Assembly: GCA_964521195.1 (NCBI GenBank)
Contig: CAZFRE010000001.1
Location: 66,866 to 130,865, forward strand
DNA from: an uncultured Eubacteriales bacterium
GTDB lineage: Bacteria; Actinomycetota; Coriobacteriia; Anaerosomatales; JAAXUF01
Direction: 5' to 3'
Length of the DNA: 64,000 nt
A program made the position numbers and the translations under genes. The notes below the pieces were generated by a model. That model was given only the letters and a program-made list of their open reading frames with translations, did no database searches and was not told where the DNA came from. Shown one piece after another: positions 52,411 to 62,872 of the stretch. Positions within the stretch are counted from its first letter, which is position 1; the number at the start of each line of letters is the position of its first letter.

Positions 52411-55284
52411 ATGGGCGAGACCAGGCCGCTGTGCGGTGGTACCGAGTGCTCAATCCAGACTCGCGAGCAGGTTCTCGCCTCGCTCAAGACGGCGGAGGAG
52501 GGACTCACCTCCGAGGAAGCGGCCAGACGGCTCGCTGAGTACGGCCCGAACGAGATCCGCGAGATCAAGGGCCGCTCGCTCATCCTGAAGTTCCTCGAGA
52601 ACTTCTACCACCTTTTCGCGATCATGTTGTGGGTCGGTGGCGCCTTGGCCTTCGTCGCCGAGATGCCGCAGCTGGGCTGGGCCATCTTCGCCGTCATCTT
52701 CATCAACGCCATCTTCTCGTTCTGGCAGGAGTTCCGCGCCGAGAAGGCGACGGAAGCGCTCAAGAAGATGATCCCTCGCAACGCCAAGGTCATCCGAGAC
52801 GGCAAGACCGTTCAGATCCCGGCGTCGGAGTTGGTGCCGGGCGACCTGATGGTCCTCGAAGAAGGCGATGCCATCTCGGCCGATGCGCGGCTGATCGAGG
52901 AGTTCGAGCTCCGAACGAACAACGCGACGCTCACGGGCGAGTCCGAGCCGGTTCGCAAGACCGCCTCTCCCCACACAGACGCAAACCTCACGCCCATCGA
53001 GATGCCGAACCTCGTGTTCGCAGGCACCTCGGTGGCGTACGGCGGTGGCAAGGCGGTCGTCTACGCGACCGCGATGGATACCCAGTTCGGCAAGATCGCC
53101 GAGCTAACTCAGAGCGTGGAGTCGGAGTTGAGCCCGCTCCAGAAGGAGATGGGCAAGGTCACGCAGCTCGTAGCGGTGATCGCGACGACCGTCGGCGTCA
53201 TCTTCTTCTTCCTCGGTTACTTCTTCGGCGGTCTCGAGCTCATCGAGGGCTTCGTGTTCTCGGTGGGCATCATCGTCGCGCTGGTGCCCGAAGGGCTGCT
53301 GCCCACGGTCACGTTGTCGCTGGCTATGGGCGTCCAACGGATGGCCGAGAGGCACGCGCTCATCAAGAAGCTCTCCTCGGTAGAGACGCTCGGATGCACG
53401 ACGGTCATCTGCACCGACAAGACCGGTACGCTCACCAAGAACGAGATGACCGTCCGCGACATATGGGTGGCGGGCCAACACCTCGAGGTCTCGGGAGGCG
53501 GGTACGCACCGAACGGGGAGGTCCACCGAGATGGTACGCCGCTGAGCGAGGCCCAGCGTACGGCGCTCGGTATCCTCGTGAAGGCGGCAGCGCTGTGCAA
53601 CAACGCTCGGCTCATCGAGCCGGGCGGGCCGGATGACCCGTGGACGATACTCGGCGACCCGACCGAGGCGGCCCTGCTCGTCGCGGCCAAGAAGGCCGGC
53701 TTCGACTACGAGGCGGAGCTCGACAAGATGCGGCGTGTCTTCGAGCTGCCGTTCGATTCGGTGCGCAAGCGCATGACCACGATCCACATGGACCATAGGT
53801 TCGGGCGGATCGGCTACGTGAAAGGCGCACCCAAGGAAGTCCTCGAGCTGTGCACGCGCGTCGAGACCCTGGAGGGTGTGACAGAACTCGGTGCCGAGAT
53901 GCGAGCGCAGATCGTCGCGCAAAACGACGAGTTCGCGCGCAACGGCCTGCGCGTGCTTGCCATGGCGTATCGGCAGATCGAGAAGCACGAAGTGGACTTC
54001 ACGCCGGCCGAGACCGAGCGCGACCTCGTGTTCGTCGGTCTCATGGCCATGATGGACCCGCCGCGCGACGAGGTGGCCATCGCGGTCCAGGAGTGCGCCA
54101 CCGCCGGCATCGACGTCATCATGATCACCGGAGACTACGGCTTGACGGCCGAGTCGATCGCGCGCCGCATCGGCATCATCCGGGGTGACAACGCGCACAT
54201 CATCACCGGCAACGACCTTAACGAGATGTCCGATGAGGAGCTCGCTTCGGCGCTCGAGGCGAAGAACGTGCTGTTCGCGCGTGTCTCTCCCGAGCACAAG
54301 ATGCGCATCGCGGTCGTGCTCAAGAGCATGGGCCACATCGTTGCGATGACCGGCGACGGCGTGAACGATGCACCGGCGCTCAAGGTGGCCGACATCGGCG
54401 TCGCGATGGGCATCGCCGGCACCGACGTGGCCAAGGAGGCCGCCGACATGATCCTGACCGATGACAACTTCGCAAGCATCGTGAACGCGATCGAAGAGGG
54501 CCGGGCGGTCTACGACAACATCCGCCGGTTCGTGGCCTACATCTTCACGAGCAACATGCCCGAGCTCGTACCGTTCATCCTGTTCGTGCTGTTCAAGATC
54601 CCGCTCGCACTCACCGTCATGCAGATCCTCGCCATCGACCTCGGGACGGACATGATCCCGGCGCTCGCGCTTGGTACCGAGGCTCCCGAGCCGGGTATCA
54701 TGGAGCGCCCGCCCCGCTCGCAGAAGGAGCGGCTCGTCACGAAGAACCTGCTGATCAGGTCGCAGCTGTTCCTCGGCATGATCCAGTCGGTCGCGTGCAT
54801 GTCCGCCTTCTACTTCCTGTACTGGAGTCTCGGCTGGCGTCCCGGCATGGACATGAACGCGATGGGGGCGACCGCTGTCGGCGGGACCACGGTCTACATC
54901 CTCGCGACGACCATGACGCACGGTGCCGTCATGACCACCCAGATCGGCAACGGGTTCGCCCAGCGGACCAACGTGCAGTCGATCTTCAAGGTCGGTCTGA
55001 CGTCCAACCGGTTCATGCTCTGGGGCATTCTCGCTGAGATCGGCATCTTCGCGGCGCTCGTCTACATCCCCGGCCTGGCGCAGGTCTTCCACCATGGCCC
55101 GCTGCGCCTGTGGCCCGACTGGGCCTTCCTGTTCGCGCTCGCCCCCACGCTCCTCATCGCCGACGAGATCCGCAAGTACTTCGTCCGGCGACGCATGGCC
55201 AACGACGAGGCGTCGGGGAACGATAAGACTACGGACATGCCGTCGCGCCTGTCCCACACGGCACCGGAGGGGGAGTCAGCGTGA
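52411..55284 (+). CDS. Cation-translocating P-type ATPase (type II, Ca2+/Na+/K+-like)
   Basis: TGES, PEGL in TM4, DKTGTLT, TGDGVNDAPAL. 957 aa with ten TM-like segments. Confidence 0.85.
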   Translation: MGETRPLCGGTECSIQTREQVLASLKTAEEGLTSEEAARRLAEYGPNEIREIKGRSLILKFLENFYHLFAIMLWVGGALAFVAEMPQLGWAIFAVIFINAIFSFWQEFRAEKATEALKKMIPRNAKVIRDGKTVQIPASELVPGDLMVLEEGDAISADARLIEEFELRTNNATLTGESEPVRKTASPHTDANLTPIEMPNLVFAGTSVAYGGGKAVVYATAMDTQFGKIAELTQSVESELSPLQKEMGKVTQLVAVIATTVGVIFFFLGYFFGGLELIEGFVFSVGIIVALVPEGLLPTVTLSLAMGVQRMAERHALIKKLSSVETLGCTTVICTDKTGTLTKNEMTVRDIWVAGQHLEVSGGGYAPNGEVHRDGTPLSEAQRTALGILVKAAALCNNARLIEPGGPDDPWTILGDPTEAALLVAAKKAGFDYEAELDKMRRVFELPFDSVRKRMTTIHMDHRFGRIGYVKGAPKEVLELCTRVETLEGVTELGAEMRAQIVAQNDEFARNGLRVLAMAYRQIEKHEVDFTPAETERDLVFVGLMAMMDPPRDEVAIAVQECATAGIDVIMITGDYGLTAESIARRIGIIRGDNAHIITGNDLNEMSDEELASALEAKNVLFARVSPEHKMRIAVVLKSMGHIVAMTGDGVNDAPALKVADIGVAMGIAGTDVAKEAADMILTDDNFASIVNAIEEGRAVYDNIRRFVAYIFTSNMPELVPFILFVLFKIPLALTVMQILAIDLGTDMIPALALGTEAPEPGIMERPPRSQKERLVTKNLLIRSQLFLGMIQSVACMSAFYFLYWSLGWRPGMDMNAMGATAVGGTTVYILATTMTHGAVMTTQIGNGFAQRTNVQSIFKVGLTSNRFMLWGILAEIGIFAALVYIPGLAQVFHHGPLRLWPDWAFLFALAPTLLIADEIRKYFVRRRMANDEASGNDKTTDMPSRLSHTAPEGESA

Positions 55285-55928
55285 AGGTCATCATCGGAGG
55301 CTGCGGGCGGGTAGGGGCGCAGTTGGCGACGAAGATGTCGTTCGAGCGGCACGAGGTGGTCGTCATCGACAAGGATCCGCTCTCGTTCCGGCGGCTCGGC
55401 AAGTCGTTTTCCGGCGACACGATCCGAGGCATGGTGTTCGACCGGGACGTGCTGGAGCGCGCGGGGATGAACCGCGCGGACGCCTACGTCGCGGTCACGA
55501 GCGGCGACAACTCCAACGTCGTCTCGGCGACGATCGCCCGCGAGATCTACCGCATCCCCAAGGTGGTCGCGCGCATCTTCGACCCACGCCGAGCCGAGAT
55601 CTACCGGCGCCTCGGCATCCAGACCGTGTCGTCGGTGACATGGGCGGCCAACGAGATCTCAAGCCTGGTGCTCTTCCCGCACCTCGTGCGCGATCTCGCG
55701 CTCGGTGACGGTGAGGTGCAGCTCGTGAAGATCTCGATTCCGCCCAGGATCGTCGGGCGCACCATCGCCGACATCACCATGACCGGTGAGGCGATGCCGT
55801 TCGCGATCGTGCGGGCAGGGCGCTCCTTCATTCCGTCGTCGCACGAGCAGCTCCATGACGGGGACATCATCGAGGTCGCCGTGCTGACCTCGGCGATGGA
55901 CAAGTTCCAGCAGATGACCACACCGTAG
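55281..55928 (+). CDS. trkA: TrkA-family K+ uptake regulatory protein (RCK: TrkA-N + TrkA-C), copy 1
   Basis: GTG start overlapping the upstream stop. Rossmann motif IIGGCGRVG. Confidence 0.8.
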   Translation: MKVIIGGCGRVGAQLATKMSFERHEVVVIDKDPLSFRRLGKSFSGDTIRGMVFDRDVLERAGMNRADAYVAVTSGDNSNVVSATIAREIYRIPKVVARIFDPRRAEIYRRLGIQTVSSVTWAANEISSLVLFPHLVRDLALGDGEVQLVKISIPPRIVGRTIADITMTGEAMPFAIVRAGRSFIPSSHEQLHDGDIIEVAVLTSAMDKFQQMTTP

Positions 55929-55937
55929 GAGGCCGAC

Positions 55938-56612
55938 ATGTTCGTACTTATCGTCGGAGGCGGCAAGGTCGGCTCCCACCTCGCGAAGACACTGGCCGGC
56001 GAGGGCCATCAGGTCACGATCGTCGAGGTCGACTCGGACCGGTGTGCGCTGCTCGAAGAGCTGATGGAGGGTGTGCGCGTCATCTGCGGGGACGGCGACG
56101 AGCCGTACGTCCTCGACGAGGCCGACGCGCGCAACGCCGACGCTCTGGTGGCCGCGACGGGACACGACGAAGACAACCTCGTGGTGTCGCTGCTCGGCAA
56201 GATGGAGTACGACTCGGCGCTCACCGTCGCGCGTATCAACAACCCGTCGAACGCGTGGCTGTTCACCGAGCGGTTCGGCGTCGACGTGCCGGTGAGCAAC
56301 ACCGCGATCATGGCCGACGTGCTCAAGAGCGTGAGCCTCGGCGACATCGTCACCATGCTTCGCCTCAAGGCCGAGAACATGGTCATCGACGAGATCGTGC
56401 TGCCCGCGGCCGCGAGTGCGGTGGGCAAACGGCTCGCGGAGCTTTCGCTGCCCGAAGGGTGCCAGGTGATGGCGATCGTCTCGGCGGGGAGTGTCGTGGT
56501 GCCGAGGGGTGACACGGAACTGTCGGCGGGGGACGAACTGCTCATACTGACCAAGGCAGAGCACGAGGCGGAGTTGCGCGCTGTGTTCGGCGCCAACGGC
56601 GGCCCTCGGTAG
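55938..56612 (+). CDS. trkA: TrkA-family K+ uptake regulatory protein (RCK), copy 2
   Basis: Rossmann motif IVGGGKVG. The tandem arrangement resembles the actinobacterial ceoB/ceoC pair. Confidence 0.8.
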   Translation: MFVLIVGGGKVGSHLAKTLAGEGHQVTIVEVDSDRCALLEELMEGVRVICGDGDEPYVLDEADARNADALVAATGHDEDNLVVSLLGKMEYDSALTVARINNPSNAWLFTERFGVDVPVSNTAIMADVLKSVSLGDIVTMLRLKAENMVIDEIVLPAAASAVGKRLAELSLPEGCQVMAIVSAGSVVVPRGDTELSAGDELLILTKAEHEAELRAVFGANGGPR

Positions 56613-56622
56613 CGGAACGCGA

Positions 56623-58332
56623 GTGAAGGCGGAGGTGGGCGCGGTGAGCGAGCGCTGTGTGGTGCGGACGCGACGGCACTCGGTGGTGCGGTTGGGACTG
56701 ATCACCGTGTTCGCGATGATGGCAGCTCTCGCGCCGGGTGTGGCGGGCGCGCTGCCGACGCCGTTCACGGAGCGTGTGAACCTCGCGTTCGACGGGTCCG
56801 AGGTACCGGGGGACGCGACCTTTCCGGCCATCAGCGGTGACGGCTCGTGTGTGGCGTTCTCGGCGAGCACGCCGATGCTGGCGGCACCCTACGACCTCTC
56901 GACAGAGCAGGTCTACCTGCGCGATCTCACGGACGGCACGCTCGAGCTCGTCAGCCGGACCGCAGCCGGCGAGGCGTCCAACGGCAACATGGCCCGCGAG
57001 GCCGCGATGAGCGTCGACGGCCGGTACGTGGCGTTCAGCGGCTCCGCGAGCAACCTTGTGCCGGGCGTGACGAGCACGCGCGACGAGGTGTTCGTCAAGG
57101 ACCGCGTCTCTGGCGAGATGACGTGCGCGAGCGTGACGACCGAGGGCGTGACGTCCGACGCGTACCACGCGAGCCAGCGGCCATCAGTCAGCGCAAACGG
57201 CCGCTTCGTCGCCTTCGAGTCCGATGCGACCTCGCTGACCGCCGACGGCGTTGGTGGGTCGGCTCAGAACCACATCTACGTTCGCGACATGGTCACGAGC
57301 ACGACGGTGCTCGCCGACAAGAGCACCGAGGGCACCGTCGCAACGTACAGCTGGCTGGCGTCGATCGACGCGAGCGGCGATCACGTCGCGTTCATCACGT
57401 CGCAGCAGCTCGCAAACGGTGACACAGACACGGCTCCGGACGTCTACGTGCGGCATCTCCACGACGGGACCACCGAGCGCGTCAGCGTGTCGAGCTCGGG
57501 CAAGTCGGGCACGGGTGGCCACAGCTCCAGCGCTCCGCGCATCAGTGCGAACGGCCGCTACGTGGTGTTCCAGTCGGATCGTGCCGGCCTCGTGTCCGGC
57601 GACACGAACGGCACGCGCGACGTCTTCGTACGCGACCTGAAGCTGCACACCACCAAGCGTGTGAGCGTGACTGCCAGCGGCAAGCAGCTGGCGAAGGGTG
57701 GCGGCGAGCGCTGCGACATCAGCGGCACCGGCCGCTACGTGGTCTTCAACACGAAGGCGACCGAGCTGTTCAGCATCCCCGAGACCGACACCGAGCAGGT
57801 CGTCATCAAGGACACGGTGACCGGTGCGGTGAAGCTCGTGAGCAAGACGCGTGCGGGCGGTTGGGCCGAGGACTGGTCCGGCGGTGCCACGCTGTGCGAC
57901 GACGGTAGCAGGGTGGCCTTCGAATCAGCGGCGTCGTCACTGGTGGCGAGCGACACCAACGGCGTCGGGGATGTGTTCGTGCGGCGCGATGTCACTCCGC
58001 TCGTCAAGACCAAACCGGTCATCACGCGTACGCCGACCGGCTCGTGGAGGACGTACAGGCGCAGCCACGGCGTCGCGAAGTTCTCGATGTCGCTGAAGCT
58101 CAAGGACATCGGCGGCGACCCGATCGCTGGTGCGACAGTTAAGCTGCAGCGCTTCTCCACCAGCTCCTACAGCTGGAAGACGTACGCGACACTGACGACC
58201 GGCTCGACCGGCGTCGCGCGCAAGTACTTCGAGGCGAAGAAGCGGGGGACGAAGTACTACCGCTGGTACGTGCCGGCCACAGGCACGCACTACTCGCTGA
58301 CGACGCGTGAGCAGCGCATCACCATCAAGTAG
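56623..58332 (+). CDS. Secreted TolB/PD40-like beta-propeller repeat protein
   Basis: Signal peptide, then a recurring (S/I)(V/S)(S/D)(A/G)NGR(F/Y)V(A/V)F.S motif typical of PD40/WD40-like blades. Confidence 0.6.
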   Translation: MKAEVGAVSERCVVRTRRHSVVRLGLITVFAMMAALAPGVAGALPTPFTERVNLAFDGSEVPGDATFPAISGDGSCVAFSASTPMLAAPYDLSTEQVYLRDLTDGTLELVSRTAAGEASNGNMAREAAMSVDGRYVAFSGSASNLVPGVTSTRDEVFVKDRVSGEMTCASVTTEGVTSDAYHASQRPSVSANGRFVAFESDATSLTADGVGGSAQNHIYVRDMVTSTTVLADKSTEGTVATYSWLASIDASGDHVAFITSQQLANGDTDTAPDVYVRHLHDGTTERVSVSSSGKSGTGGHSSSAPRISANGRYVVFQSDRAGLVSGDTNGTRDVFVRDLKLHTTKRVSVTASGKQLAKGGGERCDISGTGRYVVFNTKATELFSIPETDTEQVVIKDTVTGAVKLVSKTRAGGWAEDWSGGATLCDDGSRVAFESAASSLVASDTNGVGDVFVRRDVTPLVKTKPVITRTPTGSWRTYRRSHGVAKFSMSLKLKDIGGDPIAGATVKLQRFSTSSYSWKTYATLTTGSTGVARKYFEAKKRGTKYYRWYVPATGTHYSLTTREQRITIK

Positions 58333-58463
58333 TGCCGCCCGGGCACGACGCATGCGAGCGGCGCTCGCGAGATGGGGCGACTGAAGGCGAAGACCCAGCC
58401 GTCCGCCGCCGGACGTTGCGGTACCATGTGCCTGTCCGCCGAGACCCGCGCCAAGGAGCCTTC

Positions 58464-60731
58464 GTGATCACCATCGAGCCGCTTACCGACGACCTCGCCC
58501 CCAAACTCGCCGAGGAGCTCGGGCTCAAGCTCGATGAGTACGACAAGATCGTCGAGATCCTCGGGCGGCACGCCACGGTGACCGAGCTCTACATGTACTC
58601 GCTCATGTGGAGCGAGCACTGCAGCTACAAGCACTCGCGTAAAGCGCTGCGCATGTTCCCGAACGACGGCCCGCACGTCATGCAGGGCCCCGGCGAGAAC
58701 GCGGGCGTCATCGGCGTCGGTGACGGCTGGGCGGTCGCCTTCAAGATGGAGTCGCACAACCACCCGAGCGCCATCGAGCCCTACCAGGGCGCGGCGACCG
58801 GTGTCGGTGGCATCATCCGCGACATCTTCACGATGGGCGCCCGCCCCATCGCCTCGCTCAACTCGCTGCGCTTCGGGACCCTCGACAAGCCGCGCCAGCG
58901 CTACCTCTTCGAGGGCTCGGTCGCCGGTATCGGCGGCTACGGCAACTGCCTCGGCGTGCCCACGGTCGGCGGCGAGGTCTACTTCGAGGAGGCCTACGAG
59001 GGCAACTGCCTCATCAACGCGTTCTCGCTCGGCCTCATGCGCGAGGAGAACCTCACCCGCGCGGTCGGCTCCGGCCCTGGCAACCTCGTCGTGCTCATCG
59101 GCTCGACGACCGGCCGCGACGGCATCGGGGGCGCATCGGTGCTCGCCAGCCAGGAGTTCGACGAGCGCGCCGAGGACAAGCGCCCGGCGGTGCAGGTCGG
59201 CGACCCGTTCGAGGAGAAGCTGCTCATCGAGTGCTGCCTCGAGCTGCTCGACAACAAGCTGCTCGTCGCCCTTGGCGACTGCGGCGCGGCCGGCCTGACG
59301 AGCTCCATCAGCGAGATGGCGAGCCGCGGTGGCGTGGGTATGGACATCGACGCAGCCGCGGTGCCGCAGCGCGAGACTGAGATGCAGGCGTTCGAGATCA
59401 TGGTCTCGGAATCGCAGGAGCGCATGGTCGCCGTCGTCACCCCCGAGCAGTTCGACGCCGCGAAGGCGGTCTGCGACAAGTGGGGCCTGCGCTCGACCGT
59501 CATCGGACAGATCACCGACACCGGCCGCTTCGTGGTGCGGATGGGCGACGAGGTCGTCGCCGATATGCCCGCGGCCACCCTCGCCGACGACGCCCCCATC
59601 TACGATCCCGAGAAGACCCGCCCGGCCTATCTCGACGAGGTGCAGGCGTTCGATCCGCTCACGCTGGCGCTGCCCGCCGAGCCAGCCGACCTGGGCGCGA
59701 CGCTGCTCAGGCTGCTCGCGAGCCCCAACATCTGCTCGCGCCGCTGGATCTGGGAGCAGTACGACCACCAGGTCATCCTCAACACCGTGGTACTCCCGGG
59801 CAGCGACGCGGCGGTGCTGCGCATCGGAGACGAGGGTCGCGGCATCGCGATGAGCTCGGACTGCAACGGGCGCTACTGCTACCTCGATCCCTACGTCGGT
59901 GCGCAGATCGCACTGGCCGAGGCTGCTCGAAACGTCGCGTGCTCCGGTGGCGAGCCTGCCGCCATCACCGACTGCCTCAACTTCGGCAATCCCGAGAAGC
60001 CTGAGGTGTTCTGGACCTTCTACGAAGCCATCCGTGGCCTGGCGGACGCGTGCAAGGCGTTCAACATCCCGGTCATCAGCGGCAACGTGAGCTTCTACAA
60101 CGAGAGCTTCGGCTCGCCCATCTACCCGACGCCGACAGTGGGGCTCGTTGGAATCCTCGACGACGTCACCAAGCACGCCACCGCGAGCTTCAAGGACGCG
60201 GGCGATGTAGTGTTCCTCCTCGGCGAGTCGCTCGAGGAGCTTGGCGGTAGCGAGTACCTCAAGGTCGCGCACGGCATGGTCGCCGGCCAGCCGCCCGCGC
60301 TCGACCTCGAACTCGAGCGCGACGTGCAGGAGGCGATTCGCGAGGCGATCGGTGCCGGCATCGTGAAGAGCGCGCACGACTGCTCCGAAGGCGGCATCGC
60401 CGTCGCGCTCGCCGAGAGCTGCATCGCCGGCGGCATCGGCGCCGACATCCACCTGCACGACGGGCTGCACCCCACCGCCTCGCTGTTCGGTGAGACGCAG
60501 TCGCGCATCGTCGCGACGGTGGCCGACACAGACGCCGAGCAGCTCGTCACCATCCTGCTGCACCACGAGGTGCCCTACAGCGTGATCGGTACCGTGGGCG
60601 GCGAGCGCCTGAGCATCTGCGAGCGGCTCGACGTGCCGGTCGCGGAACTCGCGGCAGCGTTCGAGCCGACGCTCGAGCGGCTGGTGCACGGACTGCCCAC
60701 GGTGCTCTCCGAGGAACTCGGCGAAGGCTAG
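58464..60731 (+). CDS. purL: FGAM synthase large subunit PurL
   Basis: GTG at 58464. Blocks WSEHCSYKHS, ESHNHPSAIEPYQGAATGVGG and SGNVSFYN. The upstream track extension was rejected. Confidence 0.9.
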   Translation: MITIEPLTDDLAPKLAEELGLKLDEYDKIVEILGRHATVTELYMYSLMWSEHCSYKHSRKALRMFPNDGPHVMQGPGENAGVIGVGDGWAVAFKMESHNHPSAIEPYQGAATGVGGIIRDIFTMGARPIASLNSLRFGTLDKPRQRYLFEGSVAGIGGYGNCLGVPTVGGEVYFEEAYEGNCLINAFSLGLMREENLTRAVGSGPGNLVVLIGSTTGRDGIGGASVLASQEFDERAEDKRPAVQVGDPFEEKLLIECCLELLDNKLLVALGDCGAAGLTSSISEMASRGGVGMDIDAAAVPQRETEMQAFEIMVSESQERMVAVVTPEQFDAAKAVCDKWGLRSTVIGQITDTGRFVVRMGDEVVADMPAATLADDAPIYDPEKTRPAYLDEVQAFDPLTLALPAEPADLGATLLRLLASPNICSRRWIWEQYDHQVILNTVVLPGSDAAVLRIGDEGRGIAMSSDCNGRYCYLDPYVGAQIALAEAARNVACSGGEPAAITDCLNFGNPEKPEVFWTFYEAIRGLADACKAFNIPVISGNVSFYNESFGSPIYPTPTVGLVGILDDVTKHATASFKDAGDVVFLLGESLEELGGSEYLKVAHGMVAGQPPALDLELERDVQEAIREAIGAGIVKSAHDCSEGGIAVALAESCIAGGIGADIHLHDGLHPTASLFGETQSRIVATVADTDAEQLVTILLHHEVPYSVIGTVGGERLSICERLDVPVAELAAAFEPTLERLVHGLPTVLSEELGEG

Positions 60732-60736
60732 GCACC

Positions 60737-62674
60737 ATGCTCCCAGGCGGCCGCTCGAGGCGGTTCGGCGCGCGGCTGCTCGAAGGCGGCGTGATCGCCG
60801 GCGCGCTTCTGGTACCCGCGGTGATGCTTCCGAGCCTGCGAAGCCCCTTCGGCCCTCCCAAGCTGGCGATGCTCGCCCTGGCCGCGGCGATGGTGCTGCT
60901 GGGACTGGCGCTCGACCACACGGCGTATCGCGCGCTGGCGACGGTGGTGAAGAGCTCGCGGATCGCGTGGGCGGTGGGCGCGCTGCTTGCGCTCTCGGTG
61001 CTTGCGACCGCGACCGCCATCGACGCTCGTCAGGCGCTCTTCGGCAGCTATGCGGACTACCGCGGCCTTGCAACCATCCTGGCCTGCGCGACCGTCGGCG
61101 CCGGCGGCGTCGTGATCGCCGGGCGTGACGCCGCGCTGCTCCGCTTCTGGCGCATGCTCACGATCGTGGCCGCGGGGATCATGGGCATCGGAATCCTGCA
61201 GCGACTGGCGGTGCTCCCGGTGGCCTCGCGCGGACTCGCCGAGCAGAGCGCGCGTGTCTCCGCCACCCTCGGCAACTCGTCGAACTTCGGCGTGCTCCTC
61301 GTGCTCGTCGTCCCGCTTCTCATCCATCGCGCGGTCGCCGAGCGGGACCGGGTGTGGCGTCTGCTCGCCATGGCCTGCGCCGCGCTCGGTGTTGTCGAAC
61401 TGCTGTGGACGCTGTCGCGCGGCGCGTGGCTCGGCATGCTCGCGATGGTGGTGGCGTGGACGGCGACGATCGTCTGGGCGGGGGGCACGGGGGCCGCGCG
61501 ACGCCGGCTGCTGGCGGGACTCGCCACGGTGGCCGCGCTCGTGGTTCTCGGCGCTGCGATGACGCCAGGGGCTATGAGCCGCGTGGCGCGGATCGTCGAC
61601 ATCCAGTCCCGCACCGCGCAGTGGCGCGTCTCGGTGTGGAAGTCGGCGTGGAGCATGACGCTCGACCGGCCGCTCACCGGCTTCGGCCCGAACACGTTTC
61701 GCTACGCCTATCCGGGCTATCAGGAGGCCGGGCAGGTCGGCGGCGCGACGGGATACCGGCTCGTCGAGTCCGCGCACAACCTCTTCCTCGATGCGTCGAC
61801 GTCGCTCGGCGTGCCCGGGCTTGTGGGGGTGTGCGTACTGCTCGCCCTCGTCGCGGTGGCCTGCGTGCGCACGCTCGCCGAGGAGCGCGACCCGTTCGGC
61901 TTGGTGCCGACGTCGGGCATCGCGCTGATCGGCGCGCTCGTCGCCCAGCAGTTCCACTACGTGACGATGGACACCGGGCCGCTGATCGCCGTGCTGATCG
62001 CCTTCGTCGCGGCATCTGAGGCCGCGCGCCGGCCGTCCCCCGAGGTTGCCGCCTCGCGATTCGCGCGCGCTCTGCTGGTCGTCGGCGCGTGCGTGTTCGC
62101 GGTCGCGTCAGTCGCGGGCTTCGGGCTGGTCGCTGCGGACGATGCGGCGAGCCGGGGGGCAGCGGCGGCCGGAGCGGGAGCACCGTGGGCAGTGGCCCAT
62201 GCCGAGCTGCGCCGCGCCGCGGCGCTCGCGCCCTGGGAGCCGGCTATGCGCTCGGCCGAGGGCGCTGCGGCCACGATCCGGCTGCTGCAAGAGCCCGATC
62301 CCGCGGCGCTGACCGATGGCGTCGCGGCCTTCGACGAGGCGCTCGCGGTCACGCCGCTCGACACGGCGCTCGCCGCCGAGCGCGCCAACCTGCTGCTGGT
62401 GGCTGGCGTCGGCGCGAGCGACCCCGAGTTGCTGCAGCGGGCTGCAGACGCGTTCGGCGAGGTCATCGAAGACGACCCCAACACCGGCATCCCGCGCGCG
62501 GGACGAGCCACGGCACTGCTCGCGCTCGGCCGTCCCGCCGAGGCGATCGCTGACTACGAAGCGGCGCTCGAGCGATCCCCGAGGGACCGGACGGCGTGGC
62601 GCAACCTCGCGGCGGCGTATCGGCAGGTCGGTCGCGTCAAGGACGCGGACGCGGCGCTGGAGCGCGCGGAGTAG
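60737..62674 (+). CDS. O-antigen ligase-like (Wzy_C) polytopic membrane protein with C-terminal TPR repeats
   Basis: About ten TM segments, a loop with SRGAWLG and ESAHNLFLD (O-antigen ligase-like), and a C-terminal TPR-like region. Confidence 0.6.
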   Translation: MLPGGRSRRFGARLLEGGVIAGALLVPAVMLPSLRSPFGPPKLAMLALAAAMVLLGLALDHTAYRALATVVKSSRIAWAVGALLALSVLATATAIDARQALFGSYADYRGLATILACATVGAGGVVIAGRDAALLRFWRMLTIVAAGIMGIGILQRLAVLPVASRGLAEQSARVSATLGNSSNFGVLLVLVVPLLIHRAVAERDRVWRLLAMACAALGVVELLWTLSRGAWLGMLAMVVAWTATIVWAGGTGAARRRLLAGLATVAALVVLGAAMTPGAMSRVARIVDIQSRTAQWRVSVWKSAWSMTLDRPLTGFGPNTFRYAYPGYQEAGQVGGATGYRLVESAHNLFLDASTSLGVPGLVGVCVLLALVAVACVRTLAEERDPFGLVPTSGIALIGALVAQQFHYVTMDTGPLIAVLIAFVAASEAARRPSPEVAASRFARALLVVGACVFAVASVAGFGLVAADDAASRGAAAAGAGAPWAVAHAELRRAAALAPWEPAMRSAEGAAATIRLLQEPDPAALTDGVAAFDEALAVTPLDTALAAERANLLLVAGVGASDPELLQRAADAFGEVIEDDPNTGIPRAGRATALLALGRPAEAIADYEAALERSPRDRTAWRNLAAAYRQVGRVKDADAALERAE

Positions 62675-62872
62675 TAGCGCCGGTCGTCGGCTCCCGTGGG
62701 CCGGGTCATCGCTGTGTGCACCGCACTTGCGGCATGGCGGGTGCGGGTCGCGCGGGCGCTCGCAGCACCCGCATCCGACGGCGACGCACCGTCCGCGCCC
62801 ACTCCCGACCCGAATCCGTGCTAGACTACCCGCGTTCCCACCCGTTCCGTGCGACGTGAGGCCCTATCTCGC

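Noticed and set aside
58290-61073. 927-aa minus-strand ORF antisense to purL.
   Set aside because: Same GC-artefact pattern. purL on the plus strand has unambiguous conserved blocks.
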